A DNA stretch of 64,000 bases. Origin: an uncultured Candidatus Binatia bacterium. Its GTDB lineage: Bacteria; Desulfobacterota; Binatia; UBA9968; JAJDTQ01. Both the position numbers and the translations under genes were made by a program. How positions within the stretch are numbered: position 1 is the stretch's first letter; the number at the start of each line of letters is the position of its first letter. The notes below the pieces were generated by a model. The model did not search any database. It worked only from the letters and a program-made list of their open reading frames with translations, and was not told the DNA's origin. Positions 48,131 through 59,860 of this stretch are shown in pieces. The stretch lies in the NCBI GenBank assembly GCA_965242525.1, contig OZ251459.1, positions 2,400,001-2,464,000 on the forward strand, in the 5' to 3' direction.

Positions 48131-50931
48131 GCAAAGTGAGAGTGCATCAACTGGCCAAGGACCTCGAGATCGAGACCGGCGATCTCATCGCCCATCTCGA
48201 AAAGATCCGGGTGCGCGGCAAGAAGTCCCAGAGCTCCCTGGACGAATCCGAGGTCGAGGCCGTCAGGGCGGCCATCGCCGCGACCGAGAAGCCGAAGGTT
48301 TCGGTGGGCGAAGAGAGGGTCGTGGTCGATCGCACCATCACCGCGGAGGACCAGGACATGGGCGAGGTCCAGGCCCATGAGAAGATCGTCGAACGCCGGG
48401 TCCGGGCCAACGTCATTCGGCGCCGCACGAGCAGGGTCGAACTGGTCACCCGCAAGCCCATCCAGCCGGTCGCGCCTCCGCCACAGGAGGAAGCGGAGGA
48501 GCTCGCGGTGGAGGAAGCCGCGGTCGAGACGCAGGTGAGTTCCGAAACGGAGTCCCGGGAGACCGCGCCTCCGGCGGTCCCGGCGGCGGCCAGGGCCCCC
48601 GAAGTCGAGCCGGTGGATGTCCCGGCGCGTCCCCCGGAGGCGGCGCCGCCGACCGCGCCCGCTCCTGCCGAGACTCCTCGGCCCGAAGCGGTGAGCGCTC
48701 CGGAAGAAGAGGCGCAGCCGGCGCAACCCACGGAGGCGCCGGCGCCTGTGGGCGAACCCGCCGCGGTCGAGGCCCCGGCGGGTAACGGCGCCGCGCAGCC
48801 GGCGCAGCCCGCTTCGGTGACGGGTCCCCGGATCCTCGGCCGCATCGACCTGAACAAGAAGCCTGCCCCCGCGCCCGCAAAACCTGCCGCGGCCCCCGGA
48901 GATCGGGCGGCTCGCGCTCCCGGCGCACAGCCCCCCGCGGAACCGGAAGGACCGGAGAAGGCCGGAAAGGGCGGCAAGGGCAGGAGACGGGTCATTCGGA
49001 AACAGGAGGTCATCGAGCTCAAGGAGCGCGAGTTCCGCGCGCCCCGGGGCCGCATGCTCAGGAAGAAGCGCGCGTTGCCGGGGAAGGAGCAGAAGAAGAC
49101 CGAGATCACGGTGCCCAAGGCCAGCAAGCGGGTGGTGCGCGTGGCGGAGGTCGTCACCGTGGGCGACATGGCCAGGGCCATGGGCGTCAAGGCGGGCGAG
49201 GTCATCAAGAAGCTCATGGGCCTCGGCATGATGACCACCATCAACCAGGCCCTCGACTTCGATACGGCGACGCTGGTGGCCAACGAGTTCGACTACCAGG
49301 TGGAGAACGTGGCCTTCGACGTGGAGACGGCGCTCCAGGACCAGCACGAGGTGGCGGATCCCGCGGAGGCGTTGGAGCCGAGGCCGCCGGTGGTGACCAT
49401 CATGGGGCACGTGGACCACGGCAAGACGTCGCTGCTCGACGCCATCCGCAGCACCAACGTGACCGGGGCCGAGGCCGGGGGCATTACCCAGCACATCGGC
49501 GCCTACCACGTGCCGCTGGACGACAGGGGGGTGACCTTCCTGGACACTCCCGGACACGAGGCGTTCACCGCCATGCGCGCAAGGGGGGCCAAGGCCACCG
49601 ACATCGTGGTGCTGGTGGTGGCGGCCGACGACGGGGTCATGCCCCAGACCATCGAGGCGGTGGACCACGCGCGGGCGGCCGAAGTGCCCATCATCGTGGC
49701 GGTGAACAAGATCGACCGCCCGGACGCGGACCCGGAGCGGGTCCAGCGCGGGTTGGCCGACCACGGCCTGGTGCCCGAGGCCTGGGGCGGCGACACGGTG
49801 TTCGTTCCGGTCTCGGCCGTGACCCGCGAGGGGTTGCCCGGCCTGCTGGAGATGCTGCTGCTGCAGGCGGACCTGCTGGAGCTCAAGGCCAACCCCGACA
49901 AGCTGGCCCGGGGTCTGGTGGTGGAAGCCAAGCTGGAGCGGGGCCGCGGCCCGGTCTCCACCGTGCTGGTCCAGGAAGGCAGGCTCAAGGTGGGCGACCC
50001 TATCTTCGCCGGCTCCCACCACGGCCGCGTGCGGGCCATGATCGACGACCAGGGCCGCAAGGTCGAGGCCGCCACCCCCTCCATCCCGGTGGAGATCCTG
50101 GGGCTTCAGGGAGTGCCGCAGGCCGGCGAGGCGTTCTCGGCGCTCACGGACGAGGCCAAGGCGAGGCAGATCGCCGAATACCGCGGGACCCAGCAGCGCG
50201 AGGCCGAGTTGACCAAGACCAGCAAGGTGTCGCTGGAGGAGTTCTACGACCAGGTCCGGGCAAGCGACGTCAAGGAGCTGCGCGTGGTGGTGAAGGGCGA
50301 CGTCCACGGCTCGGTGGAGGCCCTCAACGAAGCGGTGGCGCGGCTGTCCACGGAGGAAGTCAAGCTCAGGGTCATCCACGGCTCGGTGGGCGGCATCAGC
50401 GAGAGCGACGTCCTGCTGGCCAGCGCCTCCAACGCCATCGTCATCGGCTTCAACGTGCGTCCCGAGCCCAAGGCCACGAACCTCGCGGCGCAGCAGGGGG
50501 TGGACCTGCGGCTCTACACCATCATCTACGACGTCATCGACGACATTCGCTCGGCCATGGAAGGACTCCTGGAGCCGGTCTTCCGCGAGGAGTTCCACGC
50601 ACGGGTGCAGGTGCGGGAGGTCTTCCACATCCGCGGCGTGGGTGCCATCGCCGGCTGTTCGGTCACCGACGGCAAGATCCAGCGTTCCAGCATGATACGC
50701 CTGTTGCGGGACCAGGTGGTGGTGCACGAAGGCAGGCTGGCCAGCCTGAAGCGGTTCAAGGACGACGTGCGCGAAGTGGGCACGGGTTACGAGTGCGGCA
50801 TCGCCATCGACGGCTACCAGGACGTGAAGGTGGGGGACGTCATCGAGGGCTTCGAGAAGATCCCCATGGCCCGGGGACAGGCGCGCGCGGACGCCGGAGG
50901 CTCGGCGCAACTCTCGGCCGCGGACCGGTAG
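48127..50931 (+). CDS. infB: Translation initiation factor IF-2
   Basis: [50 protein letters not shown]. Confidence 0.97.
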   Translation: MSKVRVHQLAKDLEIETGDLIAHLEKIRVRGKKSQSSLDESEVEAVRAAIAATEKPKVSVGEERVVVDRTITAEDQDMGEVQAHEKIVERRVRANVIRRRTSRVELVTRKPIQPVAPPPQEEAEELAVEEAAVETQVSSETESRETAPPAVPAAARAPEVEPVDVPARPPEAAPPTAPAPAETPRPEAVSAPEEEAQPAQPTEAPAPVGEPAAVEAPAGNGAAQPAQPASVTGPRILGRIDLNKKPAPAPAKPAAAPGDRAARAPGAQPPAEPEGPEKAGKGGKGRRRVIRKQEVIELKEREFRAPRGRMLRKKRALPGKEQKKTEITVPKASKRVVRVAEVVTVGDMARAMGVKAGEVIKKLMGLGMMTTINQALDFDTATLVANEFDYQVENVAFDVETALQDQHEVADPAEALEPRPPVVTIMGHVDHGKTSLLDAIRSTNVTGAEAGGITQHIGAYHVPLDDRGVTFLDTPGHEAFTAMRARGAKATDIVVLVVAADDGVMPQTIEAVDHARAAEVPIIVAVNKIDRPDADPERVQRGLADHGLVPEAWGGDTVFVPVSAVTREGLPGLLEMLLLQADLLELKANPDKLARGLVVEAKLERGRGPVSTVLVQEGRLKVGDPIFAGSHHGRVRAMIDDQGRKVEAATPSIPVEILGLQGVPQAGEAFSALTDEAKARQIAEYRGTQQREAELTKTSKVSLEEFYDQVRASDVKELRVVVKGDVHGSVEALNEAVARLSTEEVKLRVIHGSVGGISESDVLLASASNAIVIGFNVRPEPKATNLAAQQGVDLRLYTIIYDVIDDIRSAMEGLLEPVFREEFHARVQVREVFHIRGVGAIAGCSVTDGKIQRSSMIRLLRDQVVVHEGRLASLKRFKDDVREVGTGYECGIAIDGYQDVKVGDVIEGFEKIPMARGQARADAGGSAQLSAADR

Positions 50932-51054
50932 CCGGGGGGCGGCGCGTCCTTCGACTTCGCTTCGCTACGCCCAGGACGAACGGGGATAAATGGTTCCGGG
51001 TGTGGGAGCAGCTTGCGGCGCGGGTCGATTCGGGCAGTGCAATTCGAGCAGTGC

Positions 51055-51342
51055 ATGGTGGTCGGCGTTCTCAAGGTGGTCCTGATCCTGCCGGAGAACC
51101 ACTCCCTGAAGGGAAAGAGGTCGGTGCTGCGCAAGGTCCGGTCCCGAGTCTCCCAACGGTTCAACGTCTCGGTAACGGAGTGCGGCGACCAGGACCTCTG
51201 GCAGCGGGCGCTGCTGGGTTTCGGCGCGGTGGGCAGCAACGCCAGGGTGGTGGAAGCGACCCTGCGGCAGGTGGTGGAGTTCGTGGACGGGTTGGGTCTG
51301 GCCGAGTTGGGAGAGTCGGACATGGACGTATTCAGGCACTAG
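51055..51342 (+). CDS. DUF503 (YlxP) protein
   Basis: SLKGKRSV...FNVSV.E...QDLWQRA. Confidence 0.88.
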   Translation: MVVGVLKVVLILPENHSLKGKRSVLRKVRSRVSQRFNVSVTECGDQDLWQRALLGFGAVGSNARVVEATLRQVVEFVDGLGLAELGESDMDVFRH

Positions 51343-51448
51343 TACCCGGTAACGGCGACCAAGTCACTGGCGTGGAACATCCTGTCATGCACGGCAAACA
51401 TGTTTCGCGCTGTATGCCTGCTGACAGAGCGACCGTTACAGGGTACTA
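51340..51448. mobile_element. Second MITE type (about 109 bp) inserted at the DUF503 stop codon
   Basis: TIR TAGTACCCGGTAACGG / CCGTTACAGGGTACTA (15/16 match); CTAG at both ends. Confidence 0.7.
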
Positions 51449-51484
51449 GGCCGCGGGCGTCGGCCGCGGCGCCGGGCGGGAACC

Positions 51485-51850
51485 GTGAAGAACCGTCGAG
51501 AGAACGACGCCTCGCGGGCGCAACGGGTGGGGGACCTGCTGATGGAGTTCGTCTCCCGGCTGCTCGCCCGTTCCCTGGAGGACCCCCGGGTCCGTTCCGT
51601 GACGCTGACGGGCGCGGAGGTGAGGCCCGACCTGAAGCACGCCCGCATCTACTTCACGGTGCGGGACGGAGCGCCCCGGAAGGACGAAGCGCTGGCCGGA
51701 CTGCGGGCGGCCGCGGGTTTCATCCGCGGTCGTATCGCCTCGGACCTGGAGTTGCGCTTCGTCCCTACCATCGAGTTCGTCCGCGACGAGTCCCCGGACC
51801 GGGCCCGGCGCGTGGAAGACCTCCTCCGGCAAGTCCGACCGAAAGCGTGA
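51485..51850 (+). CDS. rbfA: Ribosome-binding factor A
   Basis: RAQRVGD, DPRV, PDLKHARIY, AAGFIR, LRFVP.IEFVRD. Confidence 0.92.
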   Translation: MKNRRENDASRAQRVGDLLMEFVSRLLARSLEDPRVRSVTLTGAEVRPDLKHARIYFTVRDGAPRKDEALAGLRAAAGFIRGRIASDLELRFVPTIEFVRDESPDRARRVEDLLRQVRPKA

Positions 51851-51861
51851 GACGGGACGCC

Positions 51862-52767
51862 ATGCGCCTGGCCCGGAGCGGCATCCTGCTGGTGGACAAG
51901 CCGGAGGGTCCGTCCTCCGCCCGTGTGGTGGCCGCGGCGAAGCGGATCACCGGCGCGCGGAAGGTGGGCCACCTGGGCACCCTGGACCCCTTCGCCTCCG
52001 GCCTGTTGCCGCTGGCGGTCAACGAGGGCACCAAGGCGGCGCAGCACTTCCTGGACGCGGACAAGGGATACACCGGCGTCATCGAGCTGGGGGCGGAGAC
52101 CGATACCCAGGACCGCACCGGCAAGCTGCTGCGCCAGGGGGACGCGCCGGTCCTGGGCGCGCAGGAGCTGGAGTCCCTGCGACGGCAGTTCAGCGGTCTC
52201 CTGAGCCAGGTGCCGCCCATGTACTCCGCCCTCAAGAAGGAAGGGACCCGGCTCTACCAATATGCCCGCAAGGGGCAGGAGGTGAGCCGGGAGGCCCGCA
52301 GCGTCCGGGTCGAGCTGACCCGCCTGGAACAGGCGAGCGGCGGGCAACTGGAGTTCGAGCTGACCTGCTCCAAGGGCACTTACGTGCGCACCCTGGCCGC
52401 GGACATGGGCCGGTCCCTCGGGTGCGGCGCCTACCTGGACCGTCTCCGCAGGGTGGCCTCCGGCCCCTTCCGGGTCGCCGACGCGGTGACCCTGGACGAC
52501 CTCGAAGCGCTTGCGGACCCCGGTTCGGTGCCGCTGGTGTCGTTGAACGACGCCCTGGGCCACCTGCGGTGCGCGGTGCTGGGCCCCGGCGCCGCGGACC
52601 GGCTCCGACAGGGGATCCAGGACGCTCTCGCGGACGTGGCCGCGCCCGCGGCCGGGGAAACGGTCCGCAGGGTGGTGGACCGCCAAGGCGCTCTGGTGGC
52701 GCTGATCGGCTGGGAAGAGGCCCCGGGAGCGTGGCGCACCCTTCGGGTGTTCCACCGTCCCCCATGA
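51862..52767 (+). CDS. truB: tRNA pseudouridine(55) synthase
   Basis: VDKP, KVGHLGTLDPFASGLL, ETDTQD, PPMYSALK, CSKGTYVRTL. Confidence 0.95.
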   Translation: MRLARSGILLVDKPEGPSSARVVAAAKRITGARKVGHLGTLDPFASGLLPLAVNEGTKAAQHFLDADKGYTGVIELGAETDTQDRTGKLLRQGDAPVLGAQELESLRRQFSGLLSQVPPMYSALKKEGTRLYQYARKGQEVSREARSVRVELTRLEQASGGQLEFELTCSKGTYVRTLAADMGRSLGCGAYLDRLRRVASGPFRVADAVTLDDLEALADPGSVPLVSLNDALGHLRCAVLGPGAADRLRQGIQDALADVAAPAAGETVRRVVDRQGALVALIGWEEAPGAWRTLRVFHRPP

Positions 52768-52773
52768 ACCGGA

Positions 52774-53144
52774 GGAACGTCGGATCCCTGCCGGCTCTCC
52801 CTTGGGGAAAGTGCGTCCTTCGACTTCGCTTCGCTACGCTCAGGACGAACGGGGATGGGGCGGTCACGGTGAGGGAATCCACCCTGGATGTCTCGATCGT
52901 CCAAAGGTTCCTGAAGCTGTCCGGACCGAGGTTCCCGAGGCTGCCCGCACTCGCTACCAACGTTGCCAACCAGAAGCGGGCTGAAACGTCCGTATCGAGG
53001 TTCCTGAGGCTGCCCGCACCGGGGCGTCGGTTCTTCGACAGGTCCTCCGGGAAACTCCGAACAACCCTCCCGTTCGTCCTGAGCGTAGCGAAGCGAAGTC
53101 GAAGGGCGCGCGCATCCCCCTTGTCCCGATTGTCCAGGGGTTGC
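52774..53144. repeat. Two degenerate MITE/REP copies in opposite orientation separated by short direct repeats
   Basis: REP cores at about 52813-52853 (-) and about 53070-53106 (+); GAGGTTCC.GAGGCTGCCCGCAC at about 52928 and 52996. Confidence 0.7.
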
Positions 53145-53218
53145 TTTACACGGACGGGGCCGGTGTGCTAGAAACGGGAGAGGAACGAAAGAAAAAAGGG
53201 AGAAAGCAAAGGGTACAG

Positions 53219-53488
53219 ATGGAATCAGCTCGGGAGCAGACCAGCGAGACGATCAGGAATTTCAGACTCCACGACACCGACACCGGTTCGCCCGAGGTGC
53301 AGGTGGCCATTCACAGCCGCCGCATCGCTTACCTGACAGAGCATCTGAGGACTCACCGAAAGGACCATCACACGCGGATGGGCCTGCTCAAGCTCGTCGG
53401 AAAGAGGCGGCGGCTTCTCGATTATCTCAAGAAGAGGGATGTTCAGAGGTACCAGACTCTGATCCAGCGGCTGGGCATCCGCAGATAG
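53219..53488 (+). CDS. rpsO: 30S ribosomal protein S15
   Basis: [40 protein letters not shown]. Confidence 0.96.
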   Translation: MESAREQTSETIRNFRLHDTDTGSPEVQVAIHSRRIAYLTEHLRTHRKDHHTRMGLLKLVGKRRRLLDYLKKRDVQRYQTLIQRLGIRR

Positions 53489-53555
53489 CGGCCCCGCCTC
53501 CGGCCCCTCTTCCGCGTTCTTCTCTTCAGCCCCCACTGCCCTCGAGGGTACAACC

Positions 53556-55658
53556 ATGCAGACCAGAATCGAGTTGGATTATTGCGGCCGCCCGCTGTGC
53601 ATCGACTTGGGCAAGGTCGCCAAGCAGGCCGACGGCGCCGCCCTGGTCCGTTTCGGCGAGACCGTCGTCCTCGCGACCGCGGTGGCCTCGAAAGATGTCC
53701 GGGAAGACATCGACTTCTTCCCGCTGACCGTGGACTACCAGGAAAAGACCTTTGCCGCAGGCCGGATCCCGGGCGGGTTCTTCAAGCGGGAGGGGAGGCC
53801 GTCGGAAAAGGAAATCCTCACCTGCCGCCTCATCGACCGGTCCATTCGCCCGCTGTTCGCGGGGGGGCTCAAGGCCGAGACCCAGGTCATCGTCACCGTG
53901 CTCTCCGCGGACGGGGAGAACGACACGGACGTGGTGGCCATGCTCGCGGCGTCGTTGGCGCTGGAGGTGTCCGACATTCCCTTCGAAGGCCCCCTGGCGG
54001 GCGTCCGGGTGGGCAGGATCGACGGCGCATGGGTCATGAACCCGCTCCTGTCCGAGGTTCCCCGAAGCGACGTCAACATCTTCCTCTCGGGCACCCGCGA
54101 CGGCCTCGTGATGGTGGAGGGCGGCGCCGCGGTGGTGCCGGAGGAGGGGGTGCTGGACGCGCTGTTCCAGGGGCACCAGGCGCTCCAGCCGCTCATCGAC
54201 TTGCAGGAGAAGCTCAAGGACCAGCTCGGCAAGCCCAAGCGGGCCCTGCCCCAGGAGGAGAAGGATGAGGCGCTGAGGGCGCGGGTCCGGGATCTCGCGG
54301 AGGGGAAGCTCGCGGAGGCGGTGCGCATCGCCGACAAGAAGGAGCGCAACGCCCGCATCCACGAGGTCGGGGCCGAGGCCCTCGCCGCGGGCGCGGAGGA
54401 GTTCCCCGGGCGCGAAAGGGAGCTCAAGGGGGCTTTCAAGGAGATCGAGAAGTTCCAGCTACGGGACTTGGTGCTGCGCCATCGCAAGCGCATCGACGGA
54501 CGCGGCCTCAAGGACGTGCGCCCCATCACCTGCGAGGTCAACCTGCTGCCCCGGGCCCACGGCTCGGCCCTGTTTACCCGCGGCGAGACCCAGGCCCTGG
54601 TGGTTTCCACCCTCGGCACCGCCGCGGACGTGCAGCGGATCGACGCCCTCAACGGCGAGCAGTTCAAGAAGTTCATGCTGCACTACAACTTCCCGCCCTT
54701 CAGCACCGGAGAGGTCAAGTTCCTCCGGGGTCCTGGCCGAAGGGAGATCGGCCACGGCGCCCTGGCCGAGCGGGCGCTGGCGCCGGTCCTGCCCGAGGCG
54801 GACGCGTTCCCCTACACCCTGCGCGTGGTCTCCGAGATCCTGGAGTCCAACGGCTCCACGTCCATGGCCAGCGTGTGCGGCGGGTCCCTGTCCCTCATGG
54901 ACGCGGGCGTGCCCACCAAGGCGCCGGTGGCGGGCATCGCCATGGGCCTCATCAAGGACGGCGACGAGGTGCGGGTGCTGACGGACATACTCGGGGACGA
55001 GGACCACCTGGGCGACATGGACTTCAAGGTCGCCGGCACCCGTGAGGGGGTCACCGCGCTGCAGATGGACATCAAGATCAGCGGCGTGGACCGCGAGGTC
55101 ATGCAGGAAGCCCTCTACCAGGCCCGTGAGGGGCGGCTGCACATCCTCGACGTCATGGACGGGACCCTGGCGGAGACGCGCAAGGAGGTCTCCCGCCACG
55201 CGCCCCGGATCACCACCATGAGGGTGCGGCCGGAGAAGATCCGCGACATCATCGGACCCGGAGGCAAGGTCATCCGGGGGATCGTCGAGGCCACCGGCAC
55301 CAAGATCGACGTGCAGGACGACGGAACCGTGACCGTGGCTTCCACCGACGAGGCGGGAAGCCGCAAGGCCATCGACATGATCCAGGGGATCGTGGCGGAA
55401 GTGGAGATCGGCAGGATCTACAAGGGGACGGTGCGGCGCGTGATGGACTTCGGCGCGTTCGTCGAGATCCTTCCGGGCACCGACGGGCTGGTCCACATCT
55501 CGCAGATCGCCGACGACCACGTGCGCCAGGTGCGGGACGTGCTGAACGAGGGCGACGAGTTGATGGTGAAGGTCCTGGACGTGGACCGGCAGGGCAAGAT
55601 CCGGCTCAGCCGCAAGGAGGCTCTGAAGGAGCAGCAGCAGTCCTCCAGGCAGGCATAG
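53556..55658 (+). CDS. pnp: Polyribonucleotide nucleotidyltransferase
   Basis: DFFPLTVDY, HGSALFTRGETQ, RREIGHG, ESNGS, EDHLGDMDFKVAG, KH and S1 domains. Confidence 0.98.
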   Translation: MQTRIELDYCGRPLCIDLGKVAKQADGAALVRFGETVVLATAVASKDVREDIDFFPLTVDYQEKTFAAGRIPGGFFKREGRPSEKEILTCRLIDRSIRPLFAGGLKAETQVIVTVLSADGENDTDVVAMLAASLALEVSDIPFEGPLAGVRVGRIDGAWVMNPLLSEVPRSDVNIFLSGTRDGLVMVEGGAAVVPEEGVLDALFQGHQALQPLIDLQEKLKDQLGKPKRALPQEEKDEALRARVRDLAEGKLAEAVRIADKKERNARIHEVGAEALAAGAEEFPGRERELKGAFKEIEKFQLRDLVLRHRKRIDGRGLKDVRPITCEVNLLPRAHGSALFTRGETQALVVSTLGTAADVQRIDALNGEQFKKFMLHYNFPPFSTGEVKFLRGPGRREIGHGALAERALAPVLPEADAFPYTLRVVSEILESNGSTSMASVCGGSLSLMDAGVPTKAPVAGIAMGLIKDGDEVRVLTDILGDEDHLGDMDFKVAGTREGVTALQMDIKISGVDREVMQEALYQAREGRLHILDVMDGTLAETRKEVSRHAPRITTMRVRPEKIRDIIGPGGKVIRGIVEATGTKIDVQDDGTVTVASTDEAGSRKAIDMIQGIVAEVEIGRIYKGTVRRVMDFGAFVEILPGTDGLVHISQIADDHVRQVRDVLNEGDELMVKVLDVDRQGKIRLSRKEALKEQQQSSRQA

Positions 55659-55667
55659 CAGCCCGCG

Positions 55668-56957
55668 ATGTTCGAAAAGACCCTTCTGGACAACGGCGTC
55701 CGGATCCTGACGGAACAGCGGTCCGGCGCCCGGGCCGTGAGCCTCGGCGTCTGGGTGGAGAACGGTTCCCGCCACGAGCAAGGCCCGCAGGGGGGCCTCT
55801 CGCACTTCGTGGAGCACCTGCTCTTCAAGGGGACCGGGAGGCGCAGCGCCCAGCGCATCGCCCAGGAGATGGACTCGGTGGGCGGGGTCATCAACGCTTT
55901 CACCGGCAAGGAGTCCACCTGCTACTACGCGAAGGTGCTGGACGAGCACCTGCCGCTGGCCATCGACCTGCTCACCGACATCTTCCTCCATTCGGAGTTC
56001 GACCGTGAAGAGATCGAGCGCGAGCGCACGGTGATCCTCCAGGAGATCGCGTCCGCGGACGAGAACCCCGAGGACTACGTCCACGACCTGTTCAGCCTGG
56101 ACTATTTCGGGGACCATCCCCTGGGTCGGCCGGTTTGCGGCGACGCGGACACGGTCACCGGGTTCACCCGGGACGACTTGGTGCGGTTCGTGGCCGAGCG
56201 CTACCTACCGGGCCGGGTCATCGTCGCCGGAGCGGGCAACCTGTCCCACGCCGCTCTCGTGGACGCGGTGGCCGGCGAGTTCGGCGCCATGCCCTCCGGG
56301 CCGGTGGAGGACGCCGACGCGGCCCCGGAGGCCCTCCGGGGCCTGTCCCTCCACCCGAGGAAACTGGGACAGGTGCACGTCTGCATGGGGGTGCCGGGAC
56401 TGGCCCACGCGGACCGCCGGCAATACGCGGCGCACGTGCTGAACACGCTCCTGGGCGGGGGCATGAGTTCGCGCCTCTTCCAGGAGATACGCGAGCGCCG
56501 GGGCAAGGCGTACTCGGTCTATTCCTTCCTGGCGTCCTACCGGGACGCGGGCTATCTCGGGGTTTACGTGGGCACCAAGGCGGAATGGACCCGGGAGGTC
56601 ATGGAACTCGCGGTGGCGGAGATGTTCAAGGTGGCCGAAGGCGGGGTGACCGAGGAAGAGATCGCCCGCGCCCGGGACCAGCTCGTGGGCAACACCCTGC
56701 TGGGCCTGGAGTCCGCGGACTCCTGGATGAGCCACGTGGCCCGGAGCGAGATGCACTACGGCAGGCAGGTGTCGCTGGACGAGATCGTCCGGGGCGTGCG
56801 CGAGGTGTCCCTGGACTCCCTCACCGAACTGGCCGGCGAACTGGTCCGGGACGACGGCTTCACCGCCACCCTGCTGGGCGACCTGGAAGGACACGACGTG
56901 GAGGGGATGCGGTTCGGCGGGGCCGCGCAGGGAGCGGCCGCGGGAGCCAACCCCTGA
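55668..56957 (+). CDS. M16 family zinc peptidase
   Basis: [11 protein letters not shown] (HxxEH), [18 protein letters not shown]. Confidence 0.93.
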   Translation: MFEKTLLDNGVRILTEQRSGARAVSLGVWVENGSRHEQGPQGGLSHFVEHLLFKGTGRRSAQRIAQEMDSVGGVINAFTGKESTCYYAKVLDEHLPLAIDLLTDIFLHSEFDREEIERERTVILQEIASADENPEDYVHDLFSLDYFGDHPLGRPVCGDADTVTGFTRDDLVRFVAERYLPGRVIVAGAGNLSHAALVDAVAGEFGAMPSGPVEDADAAPEALRGLSLHPRKLGQVHVCMGVPGLAHADRRQYAAHVLNTLLGGGMSSRLFQEIRERRGKAYSVYSFLASYRDAGYLGVYVGTKAEWTREVMELAVAEMFKVAEGGVTEEEIARARDQLVGNTLLGLESADSWMSHVARSEMHYGRQVSLDEIVRGVREVSLDSLTELAGELVRDDGFTATLLGDLEGHDVEGMRFGGAAQGAAAGANP

Positions 56958-57004
56958 CGAACCCCCGCTTCGGGAGGGTTGGCGAAAACTCCGGCGAGGG
57001 CCTC

Positions 57005-57490
57005 ATGGCGGAGGTCAAGGTCCAGATCAAGCGGGTGCGGTTCGGCAAGGCCGCGGCGCCGTTGCCGCGCTACATGACCGAGGGTTCCGCGGGCCTGGAC
57101 CTGGCCGCGGCGGTGGAGGAGGACGTCGTGCTGGCGCCGCTGGAGCGGAGGCTGATACCCACCGGGTTCGCCCTGGCCCTGCCCGCGGGGTTCGAAGCCC
57201 AGGTGCGCCCCCGGAGCGGCTTGGCCCTGGAGCGCGGCGTGACCCTGGCCAACAGCCCCGGCACCATCGATTCGGACTACCGGGGCGAGGTCCAGTTGGT
57301 GCTCGTCAACCTGGGCCGGGAGCCCGTGACCATCCGCCGGGGCGACCGGATCGCCCAGATGGTGGTGCAGCGGGTGGCCCGGGTGCGCTGGCAAGAGGTG
57401 CGCGAGCTGGACGGGACCGCGCGCGAGGCCGGAGGCTTCGGCCACACGGACGCCGGAGAGGCCCCGGGCGCCCAGGACGAGTCGCCCTGA
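57005..57490 (+). CDS. dut: dUTP diphosphatase
   Basis: [41 protein letters not shown]. Confidence 0.95.
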   Translation: MAEVKVQIKRVRFGKAAAPLPRYMTEGSAGLDLAAAVEEDVVLAPLERRLIPTGFALALPAGFEAQVRPRSGLALERGVTLANSPGTIDSDYRGEVQLVLVNLGREPVTIRRGDRIAQMVVQRVARVRWQEVRELDGTAREAGGFGHTDAGEAPGAQDESP

Positions 57491-57508
57491 CCCGGGGAAG
57501 CGTTTCCC

Positions 57509-58807
57509 ATGATCGACCGCTACACCCGCCCCGAGATGGCGAGGATATGGTCCGACGAGGCCCGCTTCGGCAAGTGGCTGGAGATCGAGATTCTGGCCGC
57601 CGAAGCCCTGGCCGGCATGGGCAAGGTCCCGCCGGACGCGCCCGCGCGCATCCGGCGCAACGCCCGGGTCGACGTGTCCCGGATCCACGAGATCGAACGC
57701 GAGGTCCACCACGAGGTCATCGCGTTCCTGCGCTGCCTGGCCGAGTCCATCGGCGACGACGCCCGTTTCGTGCACGTGGGGATGACTTCCTCGGACGTCA
57801 TGGACACGGGTTTGTCGCTGCAGCTCAAGGACGCCAGCACCCTCCTGCTGGAGGACGTGCGCGCGCTGCTGGCGGTGCTGCGGCGGCAGGCCATGCGGTA
57901 CAAGGATACGCCCATGATGGGGCGCACCCACGGGGTGCACGCGGAGCCCATCACCTTCGGCCTCAAGCTGGCCCTGTGGCACGAGGAGATGCGCCGGAAC
58001 CTGGCGCGGCTGGAGCAGGCCGCGGAGGAGGTCCGCTGCGGCATCGTCTCCGGCTCGGTGGGCACGTTCGCGCAGGTCCCCCCGGAAGTCGAGGCGTACG
58101 TGTGCAAGGCCGCGGGGCTCACTCCCGAACCGGTCTCCAACCAGGTCATCCAGCGCGACCGCCACGCCTTCTTCTTCAGCGTCCTGGCGGTGCTGGCGAG
58201 CTCCGTGGAGAAGTTCGCGGTGGAGGTCCGCCACCTCCAGCGCACCGAGGTCCTCGAAGCCGAGGAACCCTTCGCCGACAAGCAGATGGGGTCCTCGGCC
58301 ATGCCCCACAAACGCAACCCGGTGCTGTCCGAGAACGTGTGCGGACTGGCGCGGCTGGTGCGCTCCTGCGCGGTCTCGGCCCTGGAGAACGTCCCCCTGT
58401 GGCACGAAAGGGACATCAGCCACTCGTCGGTGGAGCGGGTCATCGGCCCGGACGCCACCATCCTGGTGGACTTCATGCTGCACCGGATCACCCACGTGGT
58501 CGGGAACCTCTGCGTCTATCCGGAGAACATGGAGCGCAACCTGGCCTCGAGCGGCGGCGCGGTGTTCTCCCAGGGAGTGCTGCTTCGCCTAGTGGAAAAG
58601 GGACTGTCCCGGGACGACGCCTACAAGATCGTCCAGCGCCACGGCTTGGCGGCGGCCAAGGAGGGGGTGGACCTCAAGCGGCGGCTGCTCGACGACCCGA
58701 CGGTCATGGAGCACCTGGGCGCGGGCGAGATCGACGAGATCTGGGAACTCAAGGACTGTTTCAGGCACGTGGACGCCATTTTCGACCGGGCGTTCGCCGG
58801 GGCGTGA
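57509..58807 (+). CDS. purB: Adenylosuccinate lyase
   Basis: MIDRYT, GRTHGVHAEP, GSSAMPHKRNP, HERDISHSS. Confidence 0.96.
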   Translation: MIDRYTRPEMARIWSDEARFGKWLEIEILAAEALAGMGKVPPDAPARIRRNARVDVSRIHEIEREVHHEVIAFLRCLAESIGDDARFVHVGMTSSDVMDTGLSLQLKDASTLLLEDVRALLAVLRRQAMRYKDTPMMGRTHGVHAEPITFGLKLALWHEEMRRNLARLEQAAEEVRCGIVSGSVGTFAQVPPEVEAYVCKAAGLTPEPVSNQVIQRDRHAFFFSVLAVLASSVEKFAVEVRHLQRTEVLEAEEPFADKQMGSSAMPHKRNPVLSENVCGLARLVRSCAVSALENVPLWHERDISHSSVERVIGPDATILVDFMLHRITHVVGNLCVYPENMERNLASSGGAVFSQGVLLRLVEKGLSRDDAYKIVQRHGLAAAKEGVDLKRRLLDDPTVMEHLGAGEIDEIWELKDCFRHVDAIFDRAFAGA

Positions 58808-58854
58808 CCCGGGGTTCCCGCCGGACCCGAGGCGCGCGTGCGCGAGGAGAAAGC

Positions 58855-59562
58855 ATGGAAAAGCTCGAACGCATCTACGAGGGCAAGGCCAAGATCCTCT
58901 ACTCCACCGAGGATCCCGGCAAGATGATCCAGTATTTCAAGGACGACGCCAGCGCCTTCAACGCCAAGAAGCTCGGCACGGTGGCGTCCAAGGGCGTGGT
59001 CAACAACGCCATCTCGGAGGTGCTGTTCAAGCACCTGGAGGCCAACGGCGTGCCGACGCACTTCCTGGAGCGCCTCGACGAACGGGAGATGCTGGTGCAC
59101 CGCCTGGACATGCTTCCCATCGAGGTCATCATACGGAACATCGTGGCCGGGAGCATGGCCAAGCGCATGGGCCTGGAGGAAGGCCGGTCGCTTTCCCGGC
59201 CGATCCTCGAATTCTGCTACAAGTGCGACCCGCTGGACGACCCCATGATCAACGACTACCACATCCTGGCCCTGGGGTATGCTTCGGAGCCGGAGTTGGA
59301 GCAGGTCAAGCGTCTCACGTTCCGCATCAACGAGCTGATGACCGCGTTCTTCGACGAGCGGGACCTGATCCTGGTGGACTTCAAGCTGGAGTTCGGGCGG
59401 CTCGGCGACCGGGTGGTCCTGGCCGACGAGATCTGCCCGGACACCTGCCGCTTCTGGCAGAAAGGCTCCCTGGAGAAGATGGACAAGGACCGCTTCCGCC
59501 GGGACCTGGGCGGGGTCGAGGAAGCCTACCAGGAAGTCTGCCGCCGGGTCACCGGGGCCTAG
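58855..59562 (+). CDS. purC: SAICAR synthase
   Basis: YEGKAK, FKDDA, LVDFKLEFG, LADEI.PDTCRFW, DKDRFR. Confidence 0.96.
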   Translation: MEKLERIYEGKAKILYSTEDPGKMIQYFKDDASAFNAKKLGTVASKGVVNNAISEVLFKHLEANGVPTHFLERLDEREMLVHRLDMLPIEVIIRNIVAGSMAKRMGLEEGRSLSRPILEFCYKCDPLDDPMINDYHILALGYASEPELEQVKRLTFRINELMTAFFDERDLILVDFKLEFGRLGDRVVLADEICPDTCRFWQKGSLEKMDKDRFRRDLGGVEEAYQEVCRRVTGA

Positions 59563-59613
59563 CGGGAGACCCGCGGCGGCCGCGCGAAGCACGCCTCCCC
59601 GGGAACGAGACCC

Positions 59614-59856
59614 ATGCGCGTCCGAGTCTTCGTGACCCTCAAGGAGGGAGTCCTGGACCCCCAGGGCAAGGCGGTGGAGAACTCGCTCCACAGCCTCGGC
59701 TTCACCTCGGTGAGCGAGGTGCGCATGGGAAAGTACCTGGAGTTGCGGGTGGACGCCGCCGGGGCCGAGGACGCCGAGCGGCAGACCCGCGGCATGTGCG
59801 AGAAGCTCCTGGCCAACCCGGTCATCGAAGATTACCGCTTCGAGGTCGCGGAATGA
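59614..59856 (+). CDS. purS: FGAM synthase subunit PurS
   Basis: LDPQGKAV, VRMGK, LLANPVIEDY. Confidence 0.95.
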   Translation: MRVRVFVTLKEGVLDPQGKAVENSLHSLGFTSVSEVRMGKYLELRVDAAGAEDAERQTRGMCEKLLANPVIEDYRFEVAE

Positions 59857-59860
59857 CGCC

